A DNA stretch of 64,000 nucleotides from positions 28,768,001 to 28,832,000 of the forward strand of contig OX597831.1 in NCBI GenBank assembly GCA_951406725.2. Direction: 5' to 3'. Position numbers and translations under genes: made by a program. The notes under the pieces are model-generated. The model had not been told where the DNA came from. It saw nothing but the letters and a program-made list of their open reading frames with translations, and made no database searches. The DNA comes from Octopus vulgaris (lineage: Eukaryota). Positions 12,857-27,941 of this stretch are shown here, in pieces (the first letter of the stretch is position 1; every line of letters starts with the position of its first letter).

Positions 12857-14508
12857 ATTTATGTACCATGGATTACGTTATCAAAGTATCTCTATTTTTT
12901 TTAAAGGTAGTAATGAAGGAAGTGTACGTAAGTTAACGACCAGAATATGCCTTCTGTATTCCAGCATAAAACCTTGAATTATGTCCTTCTTGAAGCAATC
13001 ATTGACAGAATTTATTAGACTGAGGCTGTATTAAGGCCGAGAGGTAATAATTATCGCTACTTAAAGTTCGTTCTAACAGAACATCTACGTTTAAGTGGAG
13101 ATAAATATTAATGTTACCTATCAATCATCGATAGTGTTATTATGTAGAAAGCCCTGGTGAGTAATTCTAACTTATAAAGTAATTCTAGTATATATCGCCA
13201 TATCAGAATGATGTCATAATCACATGACATACCTCGGCAAAGGCTTCATTATAAAGATGCTTAGTAGAGGACACAGCCGAATCATATCAAATGTGCTAAT
13301 TAATGACTTAAGAAAGAATTAGCTGCTATATCTAGAAGGTAGGATAACCGCATATAGGTTCAATTTGGCTCATAGTCTGTAATAGTATGGTCTGGAGATG
13401 TAAAACTGTTTTCGGGTCAAAGTTCAAAGCTATAACAACATTTCGGTCTCTGCGGCCCCATCAGATGTAAAGTAAAATTACTGCGTCAATGGCTGCCAGT
13501 TAGTAACAATACATTAGTCTGTAGCAGCAGCAGGAGAAGAAGCAGCAACTAGATGCTACACATACACATACACACACACACTTGTTCACACACTCACACA
13601 GGGAGACATTCACTTACATTTACACATACATACATACATACATACATACATACATACATACATACATACATACATACATACATACATACTTGCGTACATA
13701 CGTATGCACATACATACAGGCGTATGTACGTACTCACGCTTAGGCTCATATATTCTCATACACATAGACACATTCAGATATGCACACACGTACATATACA
13801 CACATTGGCGCACACATATACTTACACACAAGACCTATACGTGTACATATACAGACACTCACATATAAACATATACACCGTCACTCATACACACACACAC
13901 ACACAGTAACACGTACACATACACACACATGTACACACACACACACACACAAACGCTGCCGCTGTTATCTATATACATAAATTGTTAGAGTAACAGTTTA
14001 GAGATGCGACCATATGTTCTAAGAGTCTTGCTGCAGGAAAAAGTACGTGTGTTTGCGTTGGTTTGTGTGTGTGTATGTGTGTGCGTGTGTGTGCGTGTGT
14101 GTATGTGTTGGTTTGTGTATGTGTGATGGCTTGTGTGTGTATGTGCATGGGTGTGTGCTGATTTGTGTGCGTATGTTGGTTTGTGTGTGCGTGTGTTGAT
14201 TTGTGTTGGTTTGTGTATATACATATATGTGTGTTCATTTGTGTGTGTTGGTTTATGCGTGTGTATGTGCTGATTTGTGTGTGAGTGTTGGTTTGTGTGC
14301 GCGTGTGTGTGTGTGTGTGTGTTTGGTTTGTGTGCGTGTGTGTGTGTGTGTGTTGGTTTTTGTATGTGTATGTGTGCGCGCGTGTGTATGTGTTTGTTTG
14401 TGTGTGTGTGCTATACAAATTATATAAGACATTCATATACCATGTATACTCACGTATACTGATCAGCATATACGGGGTACGTGTATTTAAGCAAGCGCAC
14501 ATGCATGT

Positions 14509-14554
<46 letters not shown>

Positions 14555-14982
14555 ACACACAGCGTTGCGTACTTGGGTCGATCTAATCGACTGACCCAAC
14601 ACCCCAAAAATTTCGGGCCTTGTGCCTAGAGTATAAAAAGAATATATATACACATACATACATAATATTTACATACATACATGCATACTTACGTACATAC
14701 ATACACACATACATACATACATACATACATACATACATACATACATACATACATACATACATACATACATACATACATACATACATACATGCATGCATGC
14801 ATGCATAATATACATACATACATACATACATACACATATGCATACATAGATATGTGCCCTTGTTCGATGTTGTCTAAATACCAAAGAGTATTTTCTTCCT
14901 AGGCTATAAACTGGCTTTTTCAACATTGCGGAAGATTCGAGAAATAAAAAAGGTTATATTGATATTTATGTATCTATCTATC

Positions 14983-15075
<93 letters not shown>

Positions 15076-15204
15076 ACATATATGTTTATATATATATGTA
15101 TATAGATGTATATATATATATATATATATGTGTGTACATATATGTTTATATATATGTATATAGATGTATATATATATATATGTGTGAATGTATATGCATG
15201 TATG

Positions 15205-15264
<60 letters not shown>

Positions 15265-15916
15265 TATACATGTACATGGACATATATACATATGTATGTG
15301 TGAATTTTTTTTATCTGTATTCTTTCATTCAATAATATACACACATCATGAGAGAAAGCTTAGATCTTATCTAATCAACTATATCTAGTTGAAACCAAAC
15401 GTTAAATCTGTATAGGAAGCCATATTTACACATCAACAACTTGGCAGACACAGACAGTATGATACGTTATCAAATGTTTTATTGAGACGCAACTTCTGTC
15501 AAATTCCTCTCCATAAACACATACGCAGTGTATATATATATATATATTACTAGTATAGTGCCTATCAAAAGTGGTGGAGTTTATTTTGTCATCTTTCATT
15601 AACGCATCATTTTTTCCCTGCTTTAAATCTTAATCTATTTTCTTCTGGTGTTTCATTTAATCTTCTTTCAATTATTTTTATGCTACTTTCATCCTACCTC
15701 ACCGTTATTCTTACTCAATAACCTACTCCATTAATCCTACTCTCTCTCTCTCTCTTATTTTTTCTTTCTTTCTCTCTCTCTCTCCTCTTTATTGAAATAT
15801 AGCTTTCCCTTCACTCCTCATTTCCATCATTTCTTTACACTTATGCTAAATGGCTATACTTTGATATATAATACTACCTTCCCTTTCTCTCTGTCTCTTC
15901 TGTATCTTTCTTTCTT

Positions 15917-15961
<45 letters not shown>

Positions 15962-16344
15962 AGAAATTAAAAAAGGAAAATACACACACTTTACATAGTT
16001 TTAATATCATCACACACAACATGGACAAAATTTCTTCTTAAGAAAATATATATTCAAATAAGTAAGCCATAATATCATGAAAAGCGAAAGCGAAACCGGT
16101 CGATATATTAAAAATAATATTAAAACTCACCACGTGGGGGATAATCGAGAGATTCCTCCTTTCCTGTTACTATATATATATATATCTTTCTCTCACTCTC
16201 ACCATATCTCCATTGCTTTATCCCATTGTAATTACTATTCTCTGGAGTTTTCCCCCTTCCAGTTTCCAATTCTCTACATACCAATTTATGTTCGTACCTC
16301 TATGACCTATCTATCTATCTATCTATCAATCTTTATGTGTGTGT

Positions 16345-16408
<64 letters not shown>

Positions 16409-17646
16409 CTTATTGTGGGTACTGGAAAGTTCGACGAGTCGCGGTAACTGTCAGTTTCCTCACAGGCCAGTTTCTTCAGACTATGAGATTTTAAGAAATT
16501 GATATGGTGTCAACAGGAAATCGAGTTAATTACAAAATATATGGTATTTCTGTTATATGAATGGTTTAGGGTGCATAGGGGTATATTCGTTGATTGTATA
16601 TATGTATCTGTTGATGTGTGCTTACATATGTATACACTCTTAACTGTTTACATAGTGAATTTCTTGAATTAGGGGGTAGATTATATAGAGATGACGCTCT
16701 TTTCACTATCTAAAGGTCTAATAGAGTTAATCTTGAAAGGTCTCGAAAAACACTTTTTAAATTCTCTAAGCGTCTCGGTCTCTCAGTCTCGATAGAAAAT
16801 GTTTATATTAACTTCGTTGCTGTGACTCTGGTTTTAAGTACTGAACTAAATCAAATTAGTATTTAAGGTATGTAAATAAACATTCCAATCATCCAAGAAC
16901 CATCATAAATTCTATCGTTAAAACTATATCAACTCGTATTTCGAGGCTTTCGGAAATGAGCTGTCAGTTGTTAATGTGATATCTGATTGAGTTGAGTTAA
17001 TCAACATAAATTTGATGCAAGTATGTTTCTCTCGACACCCTCTACTATCACCTTTTCAACCACCACAAAGTCAAGTCACTAGATTTCTTTTCAGTCTACT
17101 TTCATTCCCTCCGTATCCACCACAACTGACAGTACATATTTGTATGGCCCAACCCGTTTCTATATAAACTAATATATCGAAAACTACCCACACTAATAAT
17201 ATTGGTAGATCTACAGACACCAACAAATACAGGTGTTTTTCCGTGAAAGTATATCCAACAAGAGGCTACCCTATGACAGGTGCAAGTTTCTTAAAACCCC
17301 ATGTTCATATATCCATTCTTATTCAGACACACAATATAACTTTGAGTCTGCTACAAGTCCAACAAGGAGCACGGTCATTTCTTACAATGCCACAGTCTGA
17401 TAATTTCCGGGACTGGAAGAAATTGTTAGTAACTGTACGACTTTGAATCTTACCATACTCTCAGTATAGTTTACGCAACAACTACCTATGTTTATATACG
17501 TGTGTAAAGAGAGAGAGAGAGAGATAGATAGAGAGAGAGAGAGAGAGAGGAAGACAGAGAGATAGAGAGATATAAGTATATGTATATAAATATTTATAAG
17601 TAAATATGCATATATGTAAATATATATTTGGCTATGTATATATATA

Positions 17647-17684
<38 letters not shown>

Positions 17685-18042
17685 CATATATATGCATAAG
17701 CATCCATATCTATATATCCATATGTATGTAGATGCATATATATGAATATAGATGTATGTCTGTGTCTGTATGTATGTGAATATGTATGTATATATCTATG
17801 TATGCATACTGTATGTTAGTTTATTAGGTGGCTTTACTGTTTGATAACCAACAGCATCAAATATAATTTTGCACACTACAAACATGCAAATAAGAGTTAT
17901 TTGCGAAAACAGAGAAAATAAACTACAAACCAGCTAATGCAACTATGGAAGCACAGAAATTATTTGGGTAAAAACGGCGACTTTATTATGATAAATGTAT
18001 CAAAGTGTCAATGGAATAAAGGGTATCGCATTTATCATCTCG

Positions 18043-18094
<52 letters not shown>

Positions 18095-18239
18095 ATAGAA
18101 ATGGTAAGACAACAAAAGAAAGAAAGAAACCTCGATATTATGCAAATAGAGGAGTTTATCTGTAAATGTAATATGTGGCAATTATTCGGTAGCCAAGATA
18201 AAACTCCGAGTTCTATCATGGCTACCGAATAATTGCCAC

Positions 18240-18380
<141 letters not shown>

Positions 18381-18446
18381 AGTGCAGAAATGTAAATAAG
18401 ACATACACTTTTATATATCTGTATTGATCTCTCTATGCACATTAAA

Positions 18447-18481
<35 letters not shown>

Positions 18482-18483
18482 CG

Positions 18484-18598
<115 letters not shown>

Positions 18599-19112
18599 GT
18601 ATATGTATGTCTGTACGTATGAATGTATATATCTATGTATACATAATCTATTTTGTTTTACTTTGTGTACCCTGTAACTCTGTCTAGTTTTTGTCCAAGG
18701 CACTCCGTATAAATTTATTTCTTAAATCAATTTTAATTGTTTTTTGATACTCAAATAAAACTGTTCAAACGGGTTTCTGTTGCGTATATAATAATTCCTG
18801 CCTCAACTTAGGAGAATTCAAACCTCGAACTTACGATAGTTGGATTTACAAGGAGGACGTTTGTGTGTGTGCATGGTCAGCACACTCACATACACAGACA
18901 CACACACACACAGACACAAACTCGCACGTGTACAGTTGTGTGTGTGTGTATGTATGTGTGTGTGTGTGTCATCGGTTTGAAAATTGTTAAGATATAAAGT
19001 TACTTTTCTTAACATGAAACCAATGGTAGCCTTAAAACACAAATAAAGAAACTTTATCCACCAATGCGGTGTTGAGCACTCATCCTCGTTCTTCGACATT
19101 TGCATGTGTGTA

Positions 19113-19208
<96 letters not shown>

Positions 19209-19261
19209 CACATATAACTATAGGCACGCGAAGTAGCGTTGATCAAAAGTGATTACAATTC

Positions 19262-19775
19262 TATTTGACACGTACGTGGCCCACTCAGACGCGAAAAAAC
19301 TTTCGCTGCAGAAGTTATCTCGGAGGAGAAATTCATTATATAGGTATGAAAAACACACCACTGGACTAACAATGAAGTCATCGAACTGTAGAACATGCTT
19401 TTGAGTATCGTCACACTTCATCAACTACGCTCACGGCAAGCATCATTAATATGAAATATATTTCAATTAACACCTATACATCAATTAACGCTGCTTTGTG
19501 AGCTTCTAATAAATTAAGTCCTGCTCAACAAAGCTTTGCATACATCAGCAAATTTATTATTTGCAACATAAATACGAAATTTTTTAATGAGCTGTGTACG
19601 ATGGATTCGGTTGCTAATGAAGTGTAATGACATAGGAACACGTGTCCTATTGTTCGATGACGTCATTCATAGCTCAGAGATGTCTTTTCACATATATTGT
19701 CTAGTAGAATTTCTCTTCCGAAGCAATTTCCGCAGAGAAGGTCTCTTCAGGTTTGAGTGTACACGAACGTTTTGC
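19262..19775. mobile_element. Old fold-back element or MITE with ~190-bp diverged inverted arms
   Basis: The left arm (19262-19450) is homologous to the reverse complement of the right arm (19585-19775); the two ORF translations align (MKCDDTQKHVLQFDD vs MKCNDIGTRVLLFDD). Confidence 0.7.
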
Positions 19776-19806
19776 ATATAATTGTACACACCTACATCTG
19801 CAGCTG

Positions 19807-19844
<38 letters not shown>

Positions 19845-19871
19845 TTTATATGTACACACACACACACATAC

Positions 19872-19931
<60 letters not shown>

Positions 19932-20538
19932 TTGTGTATGTTTTGCATGTATAAAGCCTTTTATACATGCGCCCATGTTCATGTTTATTTAATCTTCATC
20001 GGTCATCCATCATCTACCTTCTGCCTTTCCCGGTAATTGTCTAAATAACGAGCCAGTCACTCGACTTCTTCCATTAATCACTCCATTTGATAAACACTTT
20101 CACCGCTCATTAACTTGTTTCCTGTTTGGTTTTTTTTTGTCTCACTTGTTGTCTATGTTCATTTCCCTTTGTGATATTTCTTTGGGTGTTTGTATTTTGT
20201 CTATTTCCATTTGTCGTTTCCATTTGTCTCCTGTCATTGTGAAATATCAATCAGAATGCCCGTGTTTGTGTTTTATCTAAGTGTTTGCAGTTGGAATAGA
20301 AATATAAAAGATAAGATATTTAACAGAAGCAGGAGAGAAAGAGAGAGTGTGTGTGAGAGAGAGATTATAAAAACTATTGTTGAACAATGAGATAATAAAA
20401 AACAGTCGTGAAATTGAACGAATAGAGAGCTTTTAATGATAACGTAGAACTTTTTCTTCGTGGTTTTTACATTTCGCGGATTTACATTTGATCATATGCT
20501 TTGTATACTTGTGCTGTATATGTGAGTGTTTATATATG

Positions 20539-20830
20539 CATAAAATGGTCGAATATGTGTGTCTCTCTGTGCGTAATGGACATGGGCGAGCGTTCTATTC
20601 TTTCTTGTCTTGAGGTTCACAGCCAAACGGCTGGGTGGATTCCTGTGAAAATAGCACACAAGTGGAGACGGGTGCATAAATTGGAATGCGGTTTGTATTT
20701 TTCCCATAGCCCCCATAGTTACCGAGATAATCGATTATATATACATAAAATGGTCGAATATGTGTGTGTTTTTCTGTGCGTAAAGATGTAACACAAAGAT
20801 GGGAGCAATTGACATTAAATTGGGGAAGTT
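20539..20830 (+). mobile_element. Possible Helentron/DINE-like non-autonomous remnant
   Basis: aaacggctgggtggatt...tgaaaatagcacacaag resembles a DINE/HINE core; ~40-bp direct repeat cataaaatggtcgaatatgtgtgt at 20539 and 20743. Confidence 0.35.
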
Positions 20831-20884
20831 TACACACACACACACACACACACACACAGATACACACACATAGGTATGCATGAT

Positions 20885-21450
20885 GTATAACAGCAAAGGG
20901 TTGTTTCTGCTGCCCCTCCCATCCTGTTCACAGCCAGCTGTCCCTCTTTGCCTCTCATTCCAGCGGCTGTAAACATTCTCCATATCCGACTGGGAAAAAC
21001 CATGATTGCCGTCCCTTTTTGCAATCTGGTATGCTTCCACTCAAAGGCCCGATAGCACCCATCTTCCCACAGAAATGTAATCCCGATCAAGATTATTTTC
21101 CATGACTATTCAAACCACAAATCTACATCTGGCCTCAGGGTTGAATGGACGATATTCGGAAACTGCAAACTTTCCGCCCCAGGTCTAATTTCATATTCTA
21201 TGATTGGACCCCATGTAGTTCCCATGTAGTTGACTACTTATCCATCTTGCTACCCTCACTGGCTTTACTCTTTGCACGAACTTGAATGTCACTGTTGTTT
21301 TCGACTGCTGAGGGTGTTTCTCGAGCTTTTCCTCTTCCAGGGTGTGAGCGGATACCGCAAGTTTATTCCTCACTATAGTTTACTCCGCTCGACTGGTTAT
21401 AAGCACGTACACACTTCATATTTGTGTGTAGTAATTGACCATGTTTGAGT
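20885..21450 (-). mobile_element. Decayed C-terminal fragment of a REL-endonuclease non-LTR retrotransposon (HERO/NeSL-like, R2 group)
   Basis: Minus frame LQFPNIVHSTLRPDVDLWFE*SWKIILIGITFLWEDGCYRAFEWK matches RPD...ELTVPWE...A.ERK; followed by IWRMF...AVNRMGGAAE; preceded by AHTLEEEKLEKHP...FKFV. Confidence 0.75.
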
Positions 21451-21839
21451 ATGATCATATGTATGTATGTATGCATGTATGTATGTATGTATGTATGCAT
21501 GTATGTATGTATGCATGTATGTATGTATGTATGTATGTATGTATGTATGCATGCATGTATGTATGTATGTATGTATGTATGTATGTATGTATGTATGTAT
21601 GTATTTATGTATGCATGTATGTATGTAGAATTATAACAGCTGGAAGCTCTCATTTCATTATTCAAATTTCACGTTGTCGATCATCTGACTATAAACCATG
21701 CGCTGTTCGATATAACATATATGTAAATACACATACACACACACACACACATATATTTATATAACACACACATATATACAGAGTGATCTAAAAGTCACGC
21801 ATCAAAATACTTGACATTTTATTTATATTACATTATTAA

Positions 21840-21884
<45 letters not shown>

Positions 21885-21969
21885 CGTATCGTTCATTTTA
21901 TTCATCATGAACAAGTACGTGTGTCTTCATTTATCTTTTGGCCCATCCTAGTTTCAGCTCGAGAGCACC

Positions 21970-22330
21970 ACCGTTAACTTTGCTACACTTTCGCTACATG
22001 AAACTTCTTCTGTTGTGGTAAACAGTTCTACGTGTTTGCTGACGTGGATGTGCCGTAAGGGTGGGGTAAAAACACTTTTGAATTGTTCATTTAGTATTTC
22101 ACTTAACTTCATTGGATTTCCCGTGAGAGAACCATCACTTTGGAGGAGTAGCCCTACCCTGCAACGCACGGAGGCAGTTCTCTTTTTATTCTTTTTTTGG
22201 CATACTTAAAGAAGCCTTTAGGGTTTGATTTTATATTTTCTATAACCCAGGCTTTTTGGTCTGCTCTTTCTTTTTCGTGGGAGCGTTCCAGATTTCTCTC
22301 GGTCTCCAGTAATGTTGTTTCCAGGCGGAA
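21970..22330 (-). mobile_element. CR1/Jockey-group LINE ORF2 fragment (endonuclease-RT linker)
   Basis: IENIKSNPKGFFKYAKK...VRCRVGLLLQSDGSLTGNPMKLSEILNEQFKSVFT (NPKxFxxY and LNxxFxSVFT motifs). Confidence 0.8.
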
Positions 22331-23044
22331 ACATATGCTTATATTAACTATGTATCTATTTTCAAATAGTTACCAGTTAATTATATATGTGTGTGTGTAG
22401 GTGCCTGTATGTATGTATGTATGTATGTGTGTGCATGTATGTATGTAAGTATATATATATATATATATATAAATAAACATAATCACACATACACACATGC
22501 ACACATACAAGATCAGCATATACCAACAGTTAATTTAATATCAGTTGAAACAATCACAAATCATAAATTATGATGAACAAAACACATACAACATATTGAA
22601 TATTTCACCTTTGATTAAAGTATTAATTGAATCGTAATAAAATTAAAGTCGATATTGAATGTTCGATCTCAGTTCAGAATTACGATTTATTAATGATTAA
22701 CTGTATGAATCGATTTCTTGCGTCTGTTTCATAACTATAATTAAATCTTTCTTCGAAAAATTCAATTCTCTGTGTGTCGAACTCGCCTTTGTTTTAAAAT
22801 ATAATTAAATCTTTTCAATTCGATTTTCCATTTGTCTAATATGTCGGCTTTAACAAAGAACCATTCTTGAAAACCAAGATATGGAAATTGCAATTTAAAG
22901 TTTATTAAAGAGCAACTGCCTTGTTAAAATTCTTCACATTGATTCCCGATTAAAATTGTTTTGAATGGTGTATACTTTGTCTCTCTACACATAGACGCAT
23001 ACACATGCATATATACACACTTGCATATGAATATTTATGCAAAT

Positions 23045-23099
<55 letters not shown>

Positions 23100-23101
<2 letters not shown>

Positions 23102-23454
23102 TTTCATTCTTTTATTCTTTTTATTTGTTTCTGACTGCAGAGCCGCTTTGAGTCGAAAAAATCGAACCCAGGACTTATTCTTTGTAAGTCTAGTACTTAT
23201 TCTATCGGTCTCTTTATCCGAACCACTAAGTTACGGGAACGTAGACACACCAACATCGGTTGTCAGGCGATGGTGGGAGGAGAAACAAGACACATACTAA
23301 GGGCTTCCTTCAGTTTCCGCCTACCAAATCCGCCCACAAGGCTTTGGTCAGCCCGAGGCTGTAGTAGAAGACACCAAGGTGCCACGCAGTGGGATTGAAC
23401 CCAGAACTATGTGGTTGGTAAGCAAGCTGCTTACCACACAGCCACTCCTGCGCC
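23100..23454 (-). mobile_element. SINE family B
   Basis: Reverse-complement copy ending gccactcctgcgcc. Confidence 0.85.
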
Positions 23455-23466
23455 TTATATACATAA

Positions 23467-23675
23467 GGCTCGGGCGTGGCTGTGAGATAAAAAGCTTGCT
23501 TCCTAACCTTATGACGCCGGGTTCAGTCGCACTGCGTGGTACCTTGGGAAAATGTCTTCTACTATTGCCTCGGATAGACCAACGATTTGTGAGTGGATTT
23601 GGTAGATGGAAACTGAAAGAAGCTCGTCGTATATATGAGTGTATGAGTGTGTGCATGCGTTTGTGTGTTTGTGTA

Positions 23676-23732
<57 letters not shown>

Positions 23733-23920
23733 CTTCGTATGTATGTTTATCCTCTACCGCCGCTTGACTACTGGTGCTGGGCTGTTTATGTTCCCGTATG
23801 TTCGGCAAAAGATATTGATATAATGAGTTCCAGGCTTAAGAAAAAATACTCAATCAAAATCCTAGAAAGCGGTGTCCTAGCACGGTCGCAGTCTAATGGC
23901 TGAAACTAGTAAAAGATAAT
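23467..23920 (+). mobile_element. SINE family B
   Basis: ggctcgggcgtggctgtg head, (GT)n middle, ctgaaactagtaaaagataa tail. Confidence 0.85.
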
Positions 23921-23925
23921 ATGTG

Positions 23926-23976
<51 letters not shown>

Positions 23977-24297
23977 ATATATATTATATATATATTATGT
24001 ATATATTGTGTGTGTATAAATATATACATATATATATATATATTAGATATACATACATATTATATATAATTTAATTAAATTCTATGTCTTTGTGCAGCTG
24101 AGGGTTGCTCTACATTTAAATTGATGTAATGATTGCATTGTTCAATTAAATGGAGTTGAATGGAGCGATTGTACTGAATTACCTCTGGATATCCTTGTTG
24201 CTTATTTTGATTTTAATCATACATATTATATATATATATATATAGATAGATATATATGTTTTTATATTACATATATAATATATTACATATTATATAT

Positions 24298-24344
<47 letters not shown>

Positions 24345-24345
<1 letters not shown>

Positions 24346-24560
24346 AAATGGGACAAAAACGCAAAACATCCAGAACAGGTGATACAAAAACGGGACAACA
24401 AAACATCCAGATAGATGATACAAAGAAAGCAACGACGGGTCATTCGGAGTTTTCTTTCCTCAGTTGGTTCCAGATTATCGTTGCAATTTCGGCTGATTAT
24501 ACTCGAGATTGCTCCAATCTGGCCCGAATATACATATACAAAACACCAGAAAGAATTTGA
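24345..24560. mobile_element. Unclassified interspersed repeat remnant next to (TA)n, possibly Penelope-type
   Basis: Internal short duplication gggacaa...aaaacatccaga...gatacaaa; same (TA)n-flanked context as the hammerhead-bearing remnants. Confidence 0.35.
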
Positions 24561-25471
24561 TTTTGTTTCTTTCTACAATTTTTTTTTTTGGCATCAACCG
24601 TTTTCACGTTTTTCTTATTTTCTCAATGTCCAACTTCCTTGTTTTAAAAAACATATATAACGCATAAACAGAGCCTGAAAGATTTCTCGGAGATAAAACG
24701 GCTCCTTTATAAATATACCAACTTAAAGTATCTAAATAGCATGAAATTGTTGCGGTTGTGTATCAAATTAATAGTTATCTCTCACTCGATGGAATACTTT
24801 TTTTTTTATTTATTCCACCTATATCAGATCTATAAACCACACACACACTTATATTCTACGATATTTTAACGATAGTTACTTGTTCCTGTTTGCTACTTGC
24901 TACCATTATGAATATCATTTAGAGCCGGTTTTCCCAGGTATCACCATATGGTTACTATATTTTTCCAAACGTATCCTGCGATGTGACCTTCTCCTGTATG
25001 TTATCTTAAACTCGTATTTACCGCATGTTTACCAACATCCTGCAATTTTGTACAGAGGCGATTAATATATACTGAACGAAACGTATTTCTTTGAAGAACG
25101 TGTGCATCTATTTATCAGTGAGTGTGTGTGTGTATGTTTGTGTTTTTGTGCTAGTACGTTTTACTATGGTTACTATATGTGTGTCTTTTGACTTCGTGCT
25201 GGGCCTTTTGTTTCTCATACGTAGTAACAGCCAATTATAACGTACCGGTTATTTCATTTGCATTTACCAAGAAAACTGGCTACCATCTGGTAACCGACGA
25301 TTTTTTTTTTATTCTGGAGCATTGCCTTTAGAATCTGGAAACTCTCTCTTTATATATATATGTATATATATATATATACATATGTATATGCACATATATA
25401 TACATACATATATATATATATATATATACGTACATATATATGTATACATACATATATACATATATATACTC

Positions 25472-25510
<39 letters not shown>

Positions 25511-25635
25511 CATATATATATACTTATGTTTATATATATATATGCATATTTTGGTTTGGTTTCTCACCCATTGTTGCATATGTATTCATATATATATACA
25601 TATATATGTGCGAACATAAATATGTGTATATATAA

Positions 25636-25693
<58 letters not shown>

Positions 25694-25817
25694 GTATTTA
25701 TATGTATGTATATAAATAAAAATATATATATGTATATATATATATGTATATATATGTATGTATATATATATGTATATATATATAAATATATGTGTGTATA
25801 TATATATACATATATAT

Positions 25818-25881
<64 letters not shown>

Positions 25882-26036
25882 TGTACGTGAGGTGACTAAC
25901 CTTCCGTATGCATGTGTTAATAATGAACTGTTTACCTCTCAACAGGATCTACCGACAAGAAAGTTGGTAAGGCACCATTTTTTACCATAACTATTATCAT
26001 TATTACCAACATACTTATCATTATTATTACTATTAC

Positions 26037-26102
<66 letters not shown>

Positions 26103-26133
26103 TACTATTATTACCACTACTATGATTATTTAG

Positions 26134-26196
<63 letters not shown>

Positions 26197-26257
26197 TACA
26201 TCTGCTTTCAAAATGGCTTTTCTGCCAGTGCTTCCTGTTTCTTTAGGCATGACTGTT

Positions 26258-26291
<34 letters not shown>

Positions 26292-26638
26292 ATTCTTAGA
26301 AACTGTAGAATTTCTTAATCATCTCCTCGTATTCTTTGTGTTGTTGTTTATTTTGTTGTTGTTGTTGTTGTTTTTTGTTTGGGATTAATTTTTTTTTTTT
26401 TTGTTTTTCGTTTATTTACGGATATGTTTGGTGGGTCAGTGGCTGGGTGGGATTGGATTTAAGGCAATCCATATTATGGCTATTATCATTATCATCATTA
26501 TATTTTTAACACCATCATTATTATTGTTATTTATTATTATTATTATTATTATTTACACTCTTCGTTCTCTATGTCCTACTTGTTTCTTTCTATTTGTCCT
26601 TTATATTTACACCTTTTCTCATATTATGTGTATGTGTG

Positions 26639-26679
<41 letters not shown>

Positions 26680-26783
26680 TCATTCGTACATATATTCTGT
26701 GGATGCTGGTGTGTAGTTTCGCATCATGATATCTAGTCTTCTCTGTCTGTTGGCTGAATGTATCAATTGGCTCGGCACAGTTA

Positions 26784-26841
<58 letters not shown>

Positions 26842-26928
26842 ATATATATATATACATATATATATTTATATATATATATAAATATATATATATATGTACA
26901 TATATATACATATATATATATATATATA

Positions 26929-26959
<31 letters not shown>

Positions 26960-27221
26960 TTGGTGTATGTAGATGTTAATCACTTAGTAGTATGATTTCA
27001 CCTTATAACTATATTCATTAATCCTTACTTATATTATCATTGTTGTTATTATTATTATCACTATTGTTATTCTTAAATCAAATTTTAAAGGAGAGTGCCA
27101 TTGTTATCTAGTGAACGATATTTCGATATCTTGTGTGTCTTCAACTGGTTCAAAAAATAGATTTATCAATATATTATTATTATCATTATTGTTATTATTA
27201 TTATTGTTATCACTACTGTGA

Positions 27222-27540
27222 AGGCGCATGGCTCAGTGGTTAGAGCGTCGAGCTTACGATCGAGAGGTTGTGAGTTCGATTTTGTGTTGTGTCCTTGAGC
27301 AAGACACTTTATTTCACGTTGCTCCAGTTCACTCGGCTGTAGAAATGAGTTGCGACATCACTGGTGCCAAGCTGTGTCGGCCTTTGCCTTTCCCTTGGAT
27401 AACATCAGTGGCGTGGATAGGGGAGGCTGGTATGCATGGGCGACTGCTGGTCTTCCATAAACAACCTTTCCCGGACTTGTGCCTGGTGGGGTAACTTTCT
27501 AGGTGCAATTCCATGGTCATTCATGACCGAATGGGGTCTC
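27222..27540 (+). mobile_element. SINE family C (tRNA head ggcgcatggctcagtggttagagc, B-box gagttcgatt)
   Basis: tRNA-like A/B boxes; ttgagcaagacactttatttcacgttgctccag core; related copies at 28868, 29250 and 30550. Confidence 0.85.
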
Positions 27541-27544
27541 CTCC

Positions 27545-27599
<55 letters not shown>

Positions 27600-27616
27600 G
27601 TCATCATCATCATCAT

Positions 27617-27850
27617 GAAGACGGTAATCTTGCAGAGCCGTTAGCGCATCCGACAAAATACTTGACGGTATTTCGTCCAACTTTACATCCCTAGCTTATA
27701 TTCCGCTGAGGTCGACTTTACTTTTCATCCTTTCGGGGTCGATAATTTAAGTATCAGTCAAGTACTGGGTCGATGTAATGGACTTCCATCTCCTTTCGTC
27801 AACAGTAGGCTCTGTGCCCAAATTTGAAACTACTATGATAATTATAATAC

Positions 27851-27941
<91 letters not shown>

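Noticed and set aside
20795-20835. KLPQFNV resembling the Cys-loop LPQF motif
   Set aside because: It is on the wrong strand, abuts (CA)n and has no splice sites
27222-27290. tRNA-like sequences here and at other SINE heads
   Set aside because: There is no complete cloverleaf, and each continues into a SINE core and tail
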